Shown: piece after piece, positions 28,821 to 38,190 of the stretch
Numbering within the stretch: position 1 is the first letter of the stretch
Layout of the letters: each line of letters opens with the position of its first letter
NCBI GenBank assembly: GCA_903862935.1
Contig: CAIOZY010000017.1
Span: 5,649 to 69,648, forward strand
Length of the DNA stretch: 64,000 nt
Source of the DNA: an uncultured Opitutaceae bacterium
Lineage (GTDB): Bacteria > Verrucomicrobiota > Verrucomicrobiia > Opitutales > Opitutaceae
Direction of reading: 5' to 3'
Made by a program: the position numbers and the translations under genes
The notes under the pieces: model-generated
What the model was told of the DNA's origin: nothing
Databases searched by the model: none
The model's input: the letters and a program-made list of their open reading frames with translations, nothing else

Positions 28821-30965
28821 ATGCCCAACCGCCTCGCCCAAGAGACCTCGCCGTACCTCAGGCAGCACGCCGAGAACCCGGTCGACTGGATGCCCTGGGG
28901 CGAGGAAGCCTTCGCAAGGGCCCGCGCCGAGGACAAGCCGATCTTCCTGAGCATCGGGTACTCCACCTGCCACTGGTGCCACGTCATGGCGCACGAGTCC
29001 TTCGAGAACCCCGCGATCGCCGGGCTCCTCAACGATCACTTTGTGCCGGTCAAGGTTGACCGGGAGGAGCGGCCCGACGTCGACCGAGTCTACATGGCCT
29101 ACGTGCAGGCCCTCACCGGCCACGGAGGCTGGCCGCTGAGCGCCTGGCTCACCCCCGATCTAAAGCCGTTCTACGCCGGGACCTATTTTCCGCCGGAGGA
29201 CCGCGGAGGCCGGCCGGGGTTCGCAACGGTCCTGCGGGCGCTCGAGCGCGGATGGAGGGAGGAGCGGCCCGATCTGCTCTCCCATGGCGAGAAGGCCCTC
29301 GCCCTGCTCAGGGGGAGCGGGGCGCAGCCCCCGGCGGCGGATCCCCTCGCCGAGGCTGCAGGCGGCGCGTTTCAGCGGTGCTTTGACCACCTGGTCCGAG
29401 GCTTTGACGAGGCCCGAGGCGGATTCGACGGCCCGCCCAAGTTTCCGCGGGCGAGCAACTTGGCGTTTCTCTTCCGCTGCGCCGTCCTGCAGGGCCAAAA
29501 AAGCGAGGTCGGCCGCGAGGCCGTCCGGATGGCCTCCCGCACACTCGAGCAGATGGCCCGGGGCGGAATCCACGACCATGTCGGGGGAGGCTTCCACCGG
29601 TATGCGGTGGATGAGGACTGGTTCGTCCCCCACTTCGAGAAGATGCTCTACGACCAGGCGCAGATCGCCTCTGCCGCCCTCGAGGCCTGGCAGGCGACCG
29701 GGGACGAGCGGCATGCCTGGCTTGCCGGCGACGTCCTCGACTACGTCCTGGGCGACCTCGCGCATCCGGCGGGCGGGTTCTATTCGGCCGAGGACGCCGA
29801 CTCCGCGGTACCGGGTGCTGGGACGGAGAAGGCGGAGGGAGCCTTCTATGTCTGGACCCGGGCGGAGATCGAAGCGGTGCTCGGGCCGTCCGAGGCGGCC
29901 CTGGTGACCGAGCACTTCGGCGTGAGGCCGGACGGCAACGTCCCGGCCGAGCGCGACCCCTTCGGGGAGTTCACCGGGCGCAACATCCTCGCCCAGGTCC
30001 GCCCCCTGGCTGAGACGGCGAAAGCGCTCGGGCTTGGTTCCGAGGAGGCAAGCAATCGGATCGCTGCGGCGCTCGGCAAACTGCGGGAGGTGCGAAGCGG
30101 CCGGCCCAGGCCCCACCTCGACTCCAAGATCGTCACCGCCTGGAACGGTCTGGCGATCTCTGCCCTCGCCCGGGCCGCAGCTGCGCCCGCGAGCGCACTC
30201 TCGGACCGGAGGAAGGTCTATCTCGATGCTGCAGGACGGGCCGCCTCGTTCCTGCGCTCGGAGTTGTTCGACCCCGCGCGCGGGATTCTCTTCCGGTCCT
30301 GGTGCGGCCGGCGCGGTGCGGCCGAGGGCTTCGCCGAGGATTACGCGCTCCTAATCCAGGGGCTCCTCGACTTGTATGAGTCGGGTTTCGACATGCGCTG
30401 GCTCCAATGGGCGGTCGAGCTGCAGGGCAAGATGGACGAGCTGTTCTGGGACGGGCAGCTGGGAGGCTACTTCAATTCTGCCGCCGGCGCTGCCGACATC
30501 GTCGTCCGGCTCAAGGAGGACTATGACGGGGCCGAGCCGGCTCCGAGTTCGGTCGCCGCGATGAACCTGCTTAGGATTGGGTCGGAGGCCTGTCGGGAAC
30601 GGGCGAACGCCCTGCTGGGCTCCTTTCAGGTGCGGTGGAGCGGGGCACCTCAGGCCCTTCCGCAGATGCTCTGCGCCCTAGAGCTTGCCCTCGAGCCACA
30701 GCGTCACGTCGTCCTTGCGGGCAACCCGGGCAGCGCCGATTTCCGGGCCCTGACCGACGTTCTGGCCGAGCGGCTGGGGCCGCGGCGCAGCGTTCTCGCG
30801 GCGGACGGCGGCCCGGGCCAGCTGTGGCTTGCGGCGAGGCTTCCCTGGATCGCGGACATGCGGCCCGTGGAAGGGCGGGCGACAGCCTATGTCTGCGAGG
30901 ATTTTTCCTGCCAGGCTCCCCTTTTATCCGCCGTGGATCTCAGGCGGCTGCTCCAAAATGAGTAG
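28821..30965 (+). CDS. thioredoxin-domain (DUF255/YyaL-like) protein with six-hairpin C-terminal domain
   Basis: [31 protein letters not shown]...[21 protein letters not shown] is the characteristic DUF255 N-terminus. About 715 aa. Confidence 0.85.
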   Translation: MPNRLAQETSPYLRQHAENPVDWMPWGEEAFARARAEDKPIFLSIGYSTCHWCHVMAHESFENPAIAGLLNDHFVPVKVDREERPDVDRVYMAYVQALTGHGGWPLSAWLTPDLKPFYAGTYFPPEDRGGRPGFATVLRALERGWREERPDLLSHGEKALALLRGSGAQPPAADPLAEAAGGAFQRCFDHLVRGFDEARGGFDGPPKFPRASNLAFLFRCAVLQGQKSEVGREAVRMASRTLEQMARGGIHDHVGGGFHRYAVDEDWFVPHFEKMLYDQAQIASAALEAWQATGDERHAWLAGDVLDYVLGDLAHPAGGFYSAEDADSAVPGAGTEKAEGAFYVWTRAEIEAVLGPSEAALVTEHFGVRPDGNVPAERDPFGEFTGRNILAQVRPLAETAKALGLGSEEASNRIAAALGKLREVRSGRPRPHLDSKIVTAWNGLAISALARAAAAPASALSDRRKVYLDAAGRAASFLRSELFDPARGILFRSWCGRRGAAEGFAEDYALLIQGLLDLYESGFDMRWLQWAVELQGKMDELFWDGQLGGYFNSAAGAADIVVRLKEDYDGAEPAPSSVAAMNLLRIGSEACRERANALLGSFQVRWSGAPQALPQMLCALELALEPQRHVVLAGNPGSADFRALTDVLAERLGPRRSVLAADGGPGQLWLAARLPWIADMRPVEGRATAYVCEDFSCQAPLLSAVDLRRLLQNE

Positions 30966-31076
30966 CTCTGCCGACAGATCTGGGGGGATCCCGCCTAGAT
31001 CGAGGGTAGTTCTCGCATTTCACTGCGGAAACTGGCAAGTTTCGCGCGACTTTTCGGCGCCGTCTGTGTTCTGCAC

Positions 31077-31676
31077 ATGAAAGATGCCCCATCAGTGCGA
31101 ACCGATATCTCGGGAGTAGCCTCCCAGAAAGACTTTACAACATTCATGCGCGCCTACCAAGACATGGTCTTCAGCACGGCGGTCCGCTTGGTCAACAATG
31201 CGGCCCAGGCCGAGGACATCTCCCAGGACGTTTTTCTGAAGGCCTACGAGCACTTTGACACCCTGAGCGACAGCCCCACGGCAGGCGGGTGGTTAAAGAC
31301 CGTCACTACCAACCTGTCCATCAACCACCTGCAGCGCTATCGCAACCGTTGGCGGTTCTTCTCCGAGTTCAAGAGGGACGAGTCCGTAGGCGGTGACGAG
31401 AGTCCCGAGGTCGAGTTTGCCGCGCCCGAGACCTTTTTCTCCGGGGTTGATGCCGACGAGCGGCGGGAGTGGGTGAGTCGCGCCCTCGAGCAGCTGCCGG
31501 AGCACCAGCGCGTGCCCCTTATCCTGTACCACTTTGAAGACCTCTCGTACGAGGACATCGCCTCGAAGCTCGGGGTCTCCCTCGCGAAGGTAAAGACCGA
31601 CATCCTGCGCGCCCGGGCCGCCTTGGCCCGGATCATCGCCAAGAGCGGGACCGCCCATGAAACCCTCAGCCTCTGA
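31077..31676 (+). CDS. ECF-type RNA polymerase sigma factor
   Basis: Region 2 (AEDISQDVFLKAYEHFDTL...WLKTVTTNLSINHLQRYR) and region 4 (VPLILYHFEDLSYEDIASKLGVSLAKVKTDILRARAAL). Confidence 0.85.
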   Translation: MKDAPSVRTDISGVASQKDFTTFMRAYQDMVFSTAVRLVNNAAQAEDISQDVFLKAYEHFDTLSDSPTAGGWLKTVTTNLSINHLQRYRNRWRFFSEFKRDESVGGDESPEVEFAAPETFFSGVDADERREWVSRALEQLPEHQRVPLILYHFEDLSYEDIASKLGVSLAKVKTDILRARAALARIIAKSGTAHETLSL

Positions 31677-32142
31677 AGCCATGAAGCACTCACCCGAAGA
31701 TCTGGAGAGGTTCGTCCATAGAGCGCTTCGCGAGATTCCCGAGCGCCGCGCGCCATCGACCCTCGAGCTGCGGGTCCTGGCCGAGATTCAGCGCCGGGCC
31801 GAGCTTCCTTGGTGGCGCCAGTCGTACGCCGCCTGGCCGGTGGCCGCGCGGGTCGCCTTCGTCGCTGCCTCCGGGCTCGCCGCAGCCGCCCTGGTCCTGG
31901 GCTTTGTCCTTGCGACCCGTAACACAGCGGCTGTCCAAGCGGCGGGATCCCTATCCGAAAACTTCGGAGGGTTTTTCGTCCTGCGCTCCATGGTCTCCGG
32001 GGCCCTGGACACCTCCGGGGTCGTCTTCCGCTCCATTCCTTCCCTTTGGCTCTACGGGACCCTTGCGGTCCTGGGTGCCTGCTACGCAACCGTGATCGGG
32101 GTTGGTGCCGCAACCTACCGGGCGTTCTTCGCCCGCCTCTAA
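31657..32142 (+). CDS. putative membrane anti-sigma factor
   Basis: Short cytoplasmic N-terminus followed by several TM helices, immediately after and overlapping the ECF sigma gene. An alternative ATG at 31681 lies 5 nt after the sigma stop. Assigned by context only. Confidence 0.5.
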   Translation: MKPSASEAMKHSPEDLERFVHRALREIPERRAPSTLELRVLAEIQRRAELPWWRQSYAAWPVAARVAFVAASGLAAAALVLGFVLATRNTAAVQAAGSLSENFGGFFVLRSMVSGALDTSGVVFRSIPSLWLYGTLAVLGACYATVIGVGAATYRAFFARL

Positions 32143-32164
32143 AGCCCCAGTACTCTCTCTCCCC

Positions 32165-33745
32165 ATGAAATTCTCCCTGAGAAACATCTTGCCCGCTGCC
32201 GCGATCGCGCTGTTTGCCCTCCTGGCCGCCGCGGCGATAGCCCAATCCTCCTCTTCGGTCCCGGCGGCCGCGTCCCCCGAGGTTAGCCTCAGGCGACTGG
32301 ACCAGCCTGGAACGCCGCCCGACGAGGCAACCTCAACGGAGAACGACTCCGAAGAGGAGTCCGTGCCGGCGGCAAAGCCCAGCATCCGCACTCACCGCAG
32401 CTCCCATCAGGGTGATGACCAGGTGGTGGTGCTCGGCGACAACCATGTGCTCGCCACTCAGAAGGTCACCGGTTCGGCCGTTGCCGTTGCCGGCAACCTG
32501 CTCGTTGACGGTGCCGTTTCCGGCGACGCCGTCGCGGTCCTCGGCTCCAACACGGTGAATGGGTCTGTGAAGGGTTCCGTCGTCGCTGTCCTCGGCGACC
32601 TGACGCTCGGGCCGAAGGCCGAGGTGGGAGGCGACGCCGTGTGTGTCGGAGGCATGGTGCACCGCGACCCGGGAGCCGTCGTGGGCGGCAATGTCGTAAA
32701 TAACATCGGGACCCACCACCATTTCTTTCGGGTGATGTCGCCTCTGAAGGAGATCTTCATTGGCGGGCCGTTCTCCCGCTGGGCGTGGATTGCGAACATC
32801 CTGATCCTCGCCTTCTACGCCGTCGTGGCCTTGGTCTTTCCGGGCGGGATACGCCGGGTGGGCAGCACGCTCCTGGAGCGCCCGGGCATGTCGATCCTGG
32901 CCTCCTTCCTGGCCATCCTGTGCCTGCCGGTCCTTTTTGTCCTGCTGCTTGTCACAATCATCGGCATTCCCATCGCCCTGATCCTGCTGCCGGTCTGCGT
33001 CGTCGTCCTGATGATGTTCGGCAAGGCGTCGTTCTACGCTCTCGTCGGCAGGCTGGTTTCCCGCGACCGCCTGCATCCCTCGATTGCCGTTCTCGTGGGC
33101 GGCCTGATCTGCCTGGTGTTCTTCATTATCCCGATCGCGGGCCTGCTGCTCTCGCTCACCCTGTCGCTGCTCATGATGGGATGCGGCATCGTCGCTCTCC
33201 TGTCCGCCGCGAGGAAGCCCGCCACCCCGGCGCCCGTCCCCACGGCCCCGCCGCCGTCTGCCGCCCCTCTCGCCGCCCCGGCCTCACCCGTGGCCGCGGC
33301 CGTCCCGGTTGAGCCCCCGCCGCTTGCACCGGCTGCCCCTGCCGTGGCGGCCGTGCCGGAGCCCGCTGCCGCAAGCCTGGAGCGAGCCGGCTTCTGGATC
33401 CGCACGGCCGCGCTCGCGATCGATGGAGTGCTCCTGGCGATCATCATCTGTCCGATAGCGAGTCAACTCTACCTGCCCGCGCTTGCCGCCTATGCGGCCA
33501 TCATGTGGAAGATCCGCGGCTCGACGATCGGAGGGATTGTCTGCGGCCTGAAGGTTGTCCGCCTCGACGACCGGGCGCTCGACTGGCCGACGGCGATTGT
33601 CCGAGCTCTCGGCTGCTTCCTGTCGCTCTTTGCGCTATGCCTAGGGTTCGTCTGGGTCGCCTTCGATCGCGAGCGCCAGTCCTGGCACGACAAGATCGCC
33701 GGTACGGTTGTCGTGCGGCCGCTGAAGCGCGTCTCCCTCGTCTAA
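32165..33745 (+). CDS. membrane protein with N-terminal beta-helix (bactofilin-like) repeats and a C-terminal RDD domain
   Basis: Signal peptide MKFSLRNILPAAAIALFALLAAAAIA. Repeats GSAVAVAGNLLVDGAVSGDAVAVLGSNTVNGSVKGSVVAVLGDLTLGPKAEVGGDAVCVGG, polytopic TM block, Pro/Ala linker, and an RDD-like C-terminus (FWIRTAALAIDGVLL...RQSWHDKIAGTVVV). Confidence 0.6.
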   Translation: MKFSLRNILPAAAIALFALLAAAAIAQSSSSVPAAASPEVSLRRLDQPGTPPDEATSTENDSEEESVPAAKPSIRTHRSSHQGDDQVVVLGDNHVLATQKVTGSAVAVAGNLLVDGAVSGDAVAVLGSNTVNGSVKGSVVAVLGDLTLGPKAEVGGDAVCVGGMVHRDPGAVVGGNVVNNIGTHHHFFRVMSPLKEIFIGGPFSRWAWIANILILAFYAVVALVFPGGIRRVGSTLLERPGMSILASFLAILCLPVLFVLLLVTIIGIPIALILLPVCVVVLMMFGKASFYALVGRLVSRDRLHPSIAVLVGGLICLVFFIIPIAGLLLSLTLSLLMMGCGIVALLSAARKPATPAPVPTAPPPSAAPLAAPASPVAAAVPVEPPPLAPAAPAVAAVPEPAAASLERAGFWIRTAALAIDGVLLAIIICPIASQLYLPALAAYAAIMWKIRGSTIGGIVCGLKVVRLDDRALDWPTAIVRALGCFLSLFALCLGFVWVAFDRERQSWHDKIAGTVVVRPLKRVSLV

Positions 33746-33864
33746 ATCCTGGCCGGGGAGCGGGAGCTGCGTTGAGCCCGACGGAATCGCCGTCGACAGC
33801 TCCTTTCCTGACGGCGGTGCCCGGGCTTGTCGAACGGAGGGGGGCCGCTAGGCTCCGCGGGCAG

Positions 33865-35802
33865 ATGAAACGCGTGACATTGGCCGCTTGGGTTCCGCTC
33901 TGTTTTCTTTTCTCCGCCTCTGCGGGGGAGACGCCTCCCCTCACGCCGGACATACCGGAGAAATTCGAGGCGCGGGCGCCTGCGTCCGATTTCTCCCTCA
34001 AGGAGGTCATGATCCCGATGCGCGACGGCGTGAAGCTGCACACCGTGATCGTGATCCCCCGGGGGGCCTCGAGTGCCCCGATCGTGCTCACCCGCACCCC
34101 CTACGACGCCATGGGGCATGTGCGGCGCGACCAGTCGACCTCGATGGCGGCCTGCGTCCCGCAGGGACACGACGTCTTCGCCGAAGGCGGATACATCTGC
34201 GTTTTCCAGGACATCCGCGGAAAATTCAAGTCCGAGGGCGCGTTCGTGATGACCCGGGTGCCGAGGGGGCCGCTGAACTCCAGCGGGATTGACGACACCA
34301 CGGACGCCTGGGACACGATCGAATGGCTTTCGAAGAACGTTCCCGAGTCCAACGGGAAGGTGGGCATGGTCGGGTCCTCGTACGAGGGCTTCACGGTGGT
34401 GATGGCCCTCCTCGACCCGCCCCCCGCGCTCCGGGTCGCCGCCTCCGAGAGCCCCATGGTCAACGGATGGATGGGCGACGACTGGTTCCACTATGGGGCC
34501 TTCCGGCAGGTCAACTTCGACTACTTCGCCTACGAGACGGAGGGCAAGGACAGGGGCGAAGACGCGATCCGCCCGGGCTATGACGACTACGACAACTTCC
34601 TGCGGGCCGGATCGGCTTCCGGATTCGCAAGGGCTGCGGGCCTCGACGGGCTGCCCTTCTGGCGGAAACTCTCCGAACACCCGGCCTACGACGAATTCTG
34701 GCGCAATCAGGCTCTGGAGGCGCTGATTGGTGCGCGACCGCTGAAAGTGCCAACCCTTTGGGTGCAGGGCCTATGGGACCAGGAGGACATTTACGGGGCC
34801 ATCCACTGCTTCGAAGCGCAGGAGAGGCTCCGCGCGCCCGGCGACTGCAACTTTCTCGTGCTCGGGCCCTGGCGCCACAGCCAGGAGAACTACCCGGCCT
34901 CCTCCCTCGGACCGCTTGAGTTTCCGGGCGACACCGGACGGCAATTCCGAAGCGATGTCCTGCGGCCGTTCTTCGATCGTTATCTCAAGGACGGGGCCAC
35001 CGCCCCGAACACTCCCCGGGCCCTTGTCTACAACACCGGCGCGAACTGCTGGGAGCGCTTCAGCGCCTGGCCACCCGTGCCCGGGGAACGGCGCCTCGAG
35101 CGGCGGCCGCTGTATCTCGAGCCAGACTTCCGGCTAAGCTTCAAAGCGCCGCCGCCGGCGGATCCCGCCTACGACGAGTACGGCTCCGATCCTGCCAAGC
35201 CCGTACCCTATGTTCCACGCCCCGTCCGGTTTGCGGACCGGGAGGCGTGGAAGCGCTGGCTCGTCACTGACCAACGGGAGTTCGCGACGCGCACCGACGT
35301 TCTGACGTACGCGAGCGAGCCTATGTCCCGGCCCCTGGCAGTCTCCGGGGCTTCGGTGGTTCACCTGATCGCGTCCACGTCGGGCACCGACTGCGACTGG
35401 GTCGTTAAGCTGATCGACGCCTATCCCGAGGAGTTCCCCGGGCGTCCCGAAATGGGGGGCTACCAGTTGCCGGTTGCGATGGACATCTTCCGCGGCCGCT
35501 ACCGCACAAGCTTCTCCTCCCCGCAGCCGGTCGCCTCCGGGCAGCCGCTGCCCTATGTCTTTGCGCTCCCGCCGTCGAACCACGTCTTTCTTCCGGGTCA
35601 CCGGGTCGTGGTGCAAATCCAGTCGAGCTGGTTTCCGCTCTACGACCGCAACCCGCAGACCTTTGTCCCGAATATATTTCTGGCACAGCCCGGCGACTAC
35701 GTTAGGGCGACCCAGCGGGTTTATCGGGCTGGGTCCCTGGCGTCCTTCCTCGATCTGCCGGTCGTCGCGGAGGACGCGCCCACGCAGGCTCAGCACCCCT
35801 GA
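33865..35802 (+). CDS. CocE/NonD family hydrolase (X-Pro dipeptidyl-peptidase S15-like)
   Basis: Signal peptide. MIPMRDGVKLHTVIVIPRG...PIVLTRTPYD, nucleophile region GMVGSSYEGF, and a C-terminal beta-sandwich domain. ATG 33865; the upstream track extension is rejected. Confidence 0.8.
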   Translation: MKRVTLAAWVPLCFLFSASAGETPPLTPDIPEKFEARAPASDFSLKEVMIPMRDGVKLHTVIVIPRGASSAPIVLTRTPYDAMGHVRRDQSTSMAACVPQGHDVFAEGGYICVFQDIRGKFKSEGAFVMTRVPRGPLNSSGIDDTTDAWDTIEWLSKNVPESNGKVGMVGSSYEGFTVVMALLDPPPALRVAASESPMVNGWMGDDWFHYGAFRQVNFDYFAYETEGKDRGEDAIRPGYDDYDNFLRAGSASGFARAAGLDGLPFWRKLSEHPAYDEFWRNQALEALIGARPLKVPTLWVQGLWDQEDIYGAIHCFEAQERLRAPGDCNFLVLGPWRHSQENYPASSLGPLEFPGDTGRQFRSDVLRPFFDRYLKDGATAPNTPRALVYNTGANCWERFSAWPPVPGERRLERRPLYLEPDFRLSFKAPPPADPAYDEYGSDPAKPVPYVPRPVRFADREAWKRWLVTDQREFATRTDVLTYASEPMSRPLAVSGASVVHLIASTSGTDCDWVVKLIDAYPEEFPGRPEMGGYQLPVAMDIFRGRYRTSFSSPQPVASGQPLPYVFALPPSNHVFLPGHRVVVQIQSSWFPLYDRNPQTFVPNIFLAQPGDYVRATQRVYRAGSLASFLDLPVVAEDAPTQAQHP

Positions 35803-35856
35803 GCCTCTCCGAGATTGCGCTTGCCCGGTTTCCGCCCGGTTCCGAGAGTCGGGGCC

Positions 35857-36375
35857 ATGGGTCAGAAATCATCCCCGGGAGCCGGCGATTCAGTCCAGCC
35901 TGTCGTCGGAATTATCATGGGCAGCGCTTCCGACTGGGACACGATGAGGCACACGGCGGAGACCCTCGATGCCCTCGGTGTCCCGTATGAGAAGCGCGTG
36001 ATCAGCGCGCACCGCACGCCGCACCTCATGTATGAGTGGGGCACGAGCGCGGCCAAGAGGGGCCTTAAGATCGTGATCGCCGGAGCGGGCGGGGCTGCGC
36101 ACCTGGCGGGCGTCGCGGCGGCCCTGACCCCACTGCCCGTTCTGGGCGTCCCTATGGAGTCCGCATCGCTCAAGGGTCTGGACTCGCTCCTGTCGATGGT
36201 CCAAATGCCCGGAGGAGTTCCGGTGGCCACCTTCGCGATCGGCAAACCGGGGGCCGTAAATGCGGCCCTCTTTGCAGCGGCGGTTCTGGCCCTCGAGAAC
36301 GCCTCGGTGAGGAAAGCCCTGGACGGCTACCGGGCTGCCCAGGAAAAGAAAGTCGCCGACACGAAGCTACCGTAG
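35857..36375 (+). CDS. purE: 5-(carboxyamino)imidazole ribonucleotide mutase
   Basis: VVGIIMGSASDWDTM, VISAHRTP, IAGAGGAAHLAGV, PVLGVP, MPGGVPVATFAIG. Confidence 0.9.
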   Translation: MGQKSSPGAGDSVQPVVGIIMGSASDWDTMRHTAETLDALGVPYEKRVISAHRTPHLMYEWGTSAAKRGLKIVIAGAGGAAHLAGVAAALTPLPVLGVPMESASLKGLDSLLSMVQMPGGVPVATFAIGKPGAVNAALFAAAVLALENASVRKALDGYRAAQEKKVADTKLP

Positions 36376-36981
36376 GCGCTCGCAGTCGGCCGGCGTGTCC
36401 AGGTCGAGCTCGAGTTCGGGCATCTCCACGGAGGCCACCAAGTCGGGGGATCGGTTGAGCAGCGTCCGCGCCCCCGTCTCGCCGGTGAGCGACAAAAGTT
36501 CGGGGAAGTACTCCCGGCTGAAGAGCGCAGGCGCCCCGTTTCGGCCGGAATAGCGGGCCGCCGCGATTCCCAGCCCCGTCTCATGCTGCGCCCGAAGCAG
36601 GCGGCGGATCGCTTCCGCCGAGAAGGCTGGCTGGTCGCACAGGGCGAGGACGCCCCCGTCCAGATCCCGGGAAAACTCCCCGAGGGAAGCAATGCCACAC
36701 CGGATCGATGATGCCATGCCCTCGGGCCACGCGGGGTTTTCGACCGCGAGAACCGGAAGTTTCGCCAGGACCGGTCGAATGCGTTCGGCATGGGCCCCCA
36801 GGACGACAATGACCGGCCACACGGGCGCCTCGAGCGCGGCCTGTACCGCGTGGACGACAAGCGGCGCGCCCCGGAACTCGATAAGCTGCTTCGGCGTCCC
36901 CATTCGAGACGACGGCCCGGCTGCGAGGATGATGCATCCCAGGCGCCGGGGTGGGGAAGGTGACGTCGGGTCGCTCATCAT
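36367..36981 (-). CDS. MobA-like NTP transferase (molybdenum cofactor cytidylyltransferase, MocA-type)
   Basis: CIILAAGPSSRMGTPKQL nucleotide-binding N-terminus, about 200 aa. Translationally coupled to the upstream xdhC-like gene (4-nt overlap). Confidence 0.75.
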   Translation of the reverse strand: MMSDPTSPSPPRRLGCIILAAGPSSRMGTPKQLIEFRGAPLVVHAVQAALEAPVWPVIVVLGAHAERIRPVLAKLPVLAVENPAWPEGMASSIRCGIASLGEFSRDLDGGVLALCDQPAFSAEAIRRLLRAQHETGLGIAAARYSGRNGAPALFSREYFPELLSLTGETGARTLLNRSPDLVASVEMPELELDLDTPADCERLR

Positions 36982-37961
36982 TGTCCCGAATGAATCGGCT
37001 GGGTACGCTCCCTCAGGGAGCGGGCGTCGCGCCCGGCAAGGACGGCCCGCATCTCGGCAATCATACTCAAGGCAACCTCGGCCGGTGTGTCCCCACCGAG
37101 ATCGAGCCCGGCCGGGGCATGAAGCCGGGCCCGGGCGCCCGGATTGGCCGACAGGTCGCCCAGGATCCGCTCGGCCCGTCGCCGGGGGCCCAGAAGGCCG
37201 AGGTAGGCGAGGGGCCGTGCGAGCAGGTCCCTGAGGATCGGAACGTCGTGCACATAGTGGTGGGTCATCACGACGGCGAGGTCGTCTTCGCCGGGGTTTG
37301 CCCGAGCCACCAGCTGGTCGGCCGGCGAGCTCACCACGGTGTCTGCCTCGGGGAACCGCCGAGCGCTTGCGAACGCGGGACGGGGATCGGCTACGGCGAT
37401 CCTCCAGCCCAGTTCGGAGGCGAGGCGGACGAGAGGCCGGGCGTCATCACCAGCTCCGAAGATGACCAGCCTCGGGGGCGGTGGGACGATCTCGCAGAAG
37501 ATGCCCTTACCCCCCGTTTTCCCGCTGCCCAGGCGGGTCCCAAGGGCCGACGGCTCCCCGGCCTGCCATACGACCTCTATGGGGGTTGCCAGTCCCTTGC
37601 TCAGATTGCCGGCTAGAACCTCTGACCAGGCCGGACGGGCGGTAACGCGCTCGATCAGGACTCGGACGACACCGTGGCAGCCCAGCCCCACCCCCCAGAC
37701 CAGATCGTTTTCGGAGGTGGTATCATAAGTTGCCAGCTGTGCCCGTCCCGACTCGCGGACTGAGCGGGCCCGCTCGATGACGTCCTCCTCGAGGCAGCCT
37801 CCGCTGACTGAGCCGATCCGGGTCCCATCCGCGGCGACCAAGAGCCGTGCGCCGGGTTGCCGGTACGACGAGCCCTCGACCATGACCAGCGTTGCCAGAA
37901 CGGAACTCGCTGGGGAGCGCTGCTCTGCAAGAGCCTGCACAATTGCCTGCAGCTCATTCAT
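36978..37961 (-). CDS. XdhC/CoxI-family molybdoenzyme maturation protein
   Basis: N-terminal XdhC_CoxI region (LATLVMVEGSSYRQPGARLLV..GSVSGGCLE) and a C-terminal Rossmann-like domain (RLVIFGAGDDARPLVRLA). Confidence 0.8.
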   Translation of the reverse strand: MNELQAIVQALAEQRSPASSVLATLVMVEGSSYRQPGARLLVAADGTRIGSVSGGCLEEDVIERARSVRESGRAQLATYDTTSENDLVWGVGLGCHGVVRVLIERVTARPAWSEVLAGNLSKGLATPIEVVWQAGEPSALGTRLGSGKTGGKGIFCEIVPPPPRLVIFGAGDDARPLVRLASELGWRIAVADPRPAFASARRFPEADTVVSSPADQLVARANPGEDDLAVVMTHHYVHDVPILRDLLARPLAYLGLLGPRRRAERILGDLSANPGARARLHAPAGLDLGGDTPAEVALSMIAEMRAVLAGRDARSLRERTQPIHSGQ

Positions 37962-38190
37962 GGGTCTCTGGGATTATCCCGATGCTGCGGATAGGTGCAA
38001 GGGTGGGTTAAAGTTCCATAAAAATGGCCTAATAATGCAAACATCCTGCAATAAATGACATTTCTAACGACTTGTGAATAAAAAGAAGTTGCCCAACACC
38101 GGACAATTAGTAGACGTTACCCCCAATCCAAACGCGGCGATAGCGCCGCTTAGCTTAAGTTCAGCAAATAGATAACCAACACCAGAACCC

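Noticed and set aside
30966-31076. An ECF-type autoregulated promoter (GGAAAC ... CGTCT) upstream of the sigma gene at 31077.
   Set aside because: The two elements are about 28 nt apart, far from the 16-17 nt spacing expected for ECF promoters. I found no alternative pair with proper spacing.
33230-33400. Repetitive-looking GC-rich DNA here (Pro/Ala-rich), at 45780-45960 (Ser/Thr/Ala-rich) and at 6290-6440 (Ala/Pro-rich), considered as possible tandem repeats or CRISPR-like arrays.
   Set aside because: They are in-frame low-complexity linkers of the RDD protein, the GspK-like protein and the coiled-coil protein. There is no regular repeat-spacer periodicity, and no CRISPR array is present in the window.
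38109-38119. An 11-mer AGTAGACGTTA upstream of the TonB receptor that is identical to the reverse complement of the third ACGTC repeat of the island operator (61966-61976).
   Set aside because: A single 11-nt match between two AT-rich intergenic regions in 64 kb can arise by chance. There is no second phased repeat at 38.1 kb. It is worth rechecking only if the island regulator's binding site is defined.
37962-38190. A possible riboswitch (for example cobalamin) in the 229-bp AT-rich leader of the TonB-dependent receptor gene.
   Set aside because: I could not find the conserved B12-box-like core or any extended conserved helices, only one short hairpin (GCGGCG-ATA-GCGCCGC, about 38134-38149). 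Without a covariance-model scan the call is unsupported.
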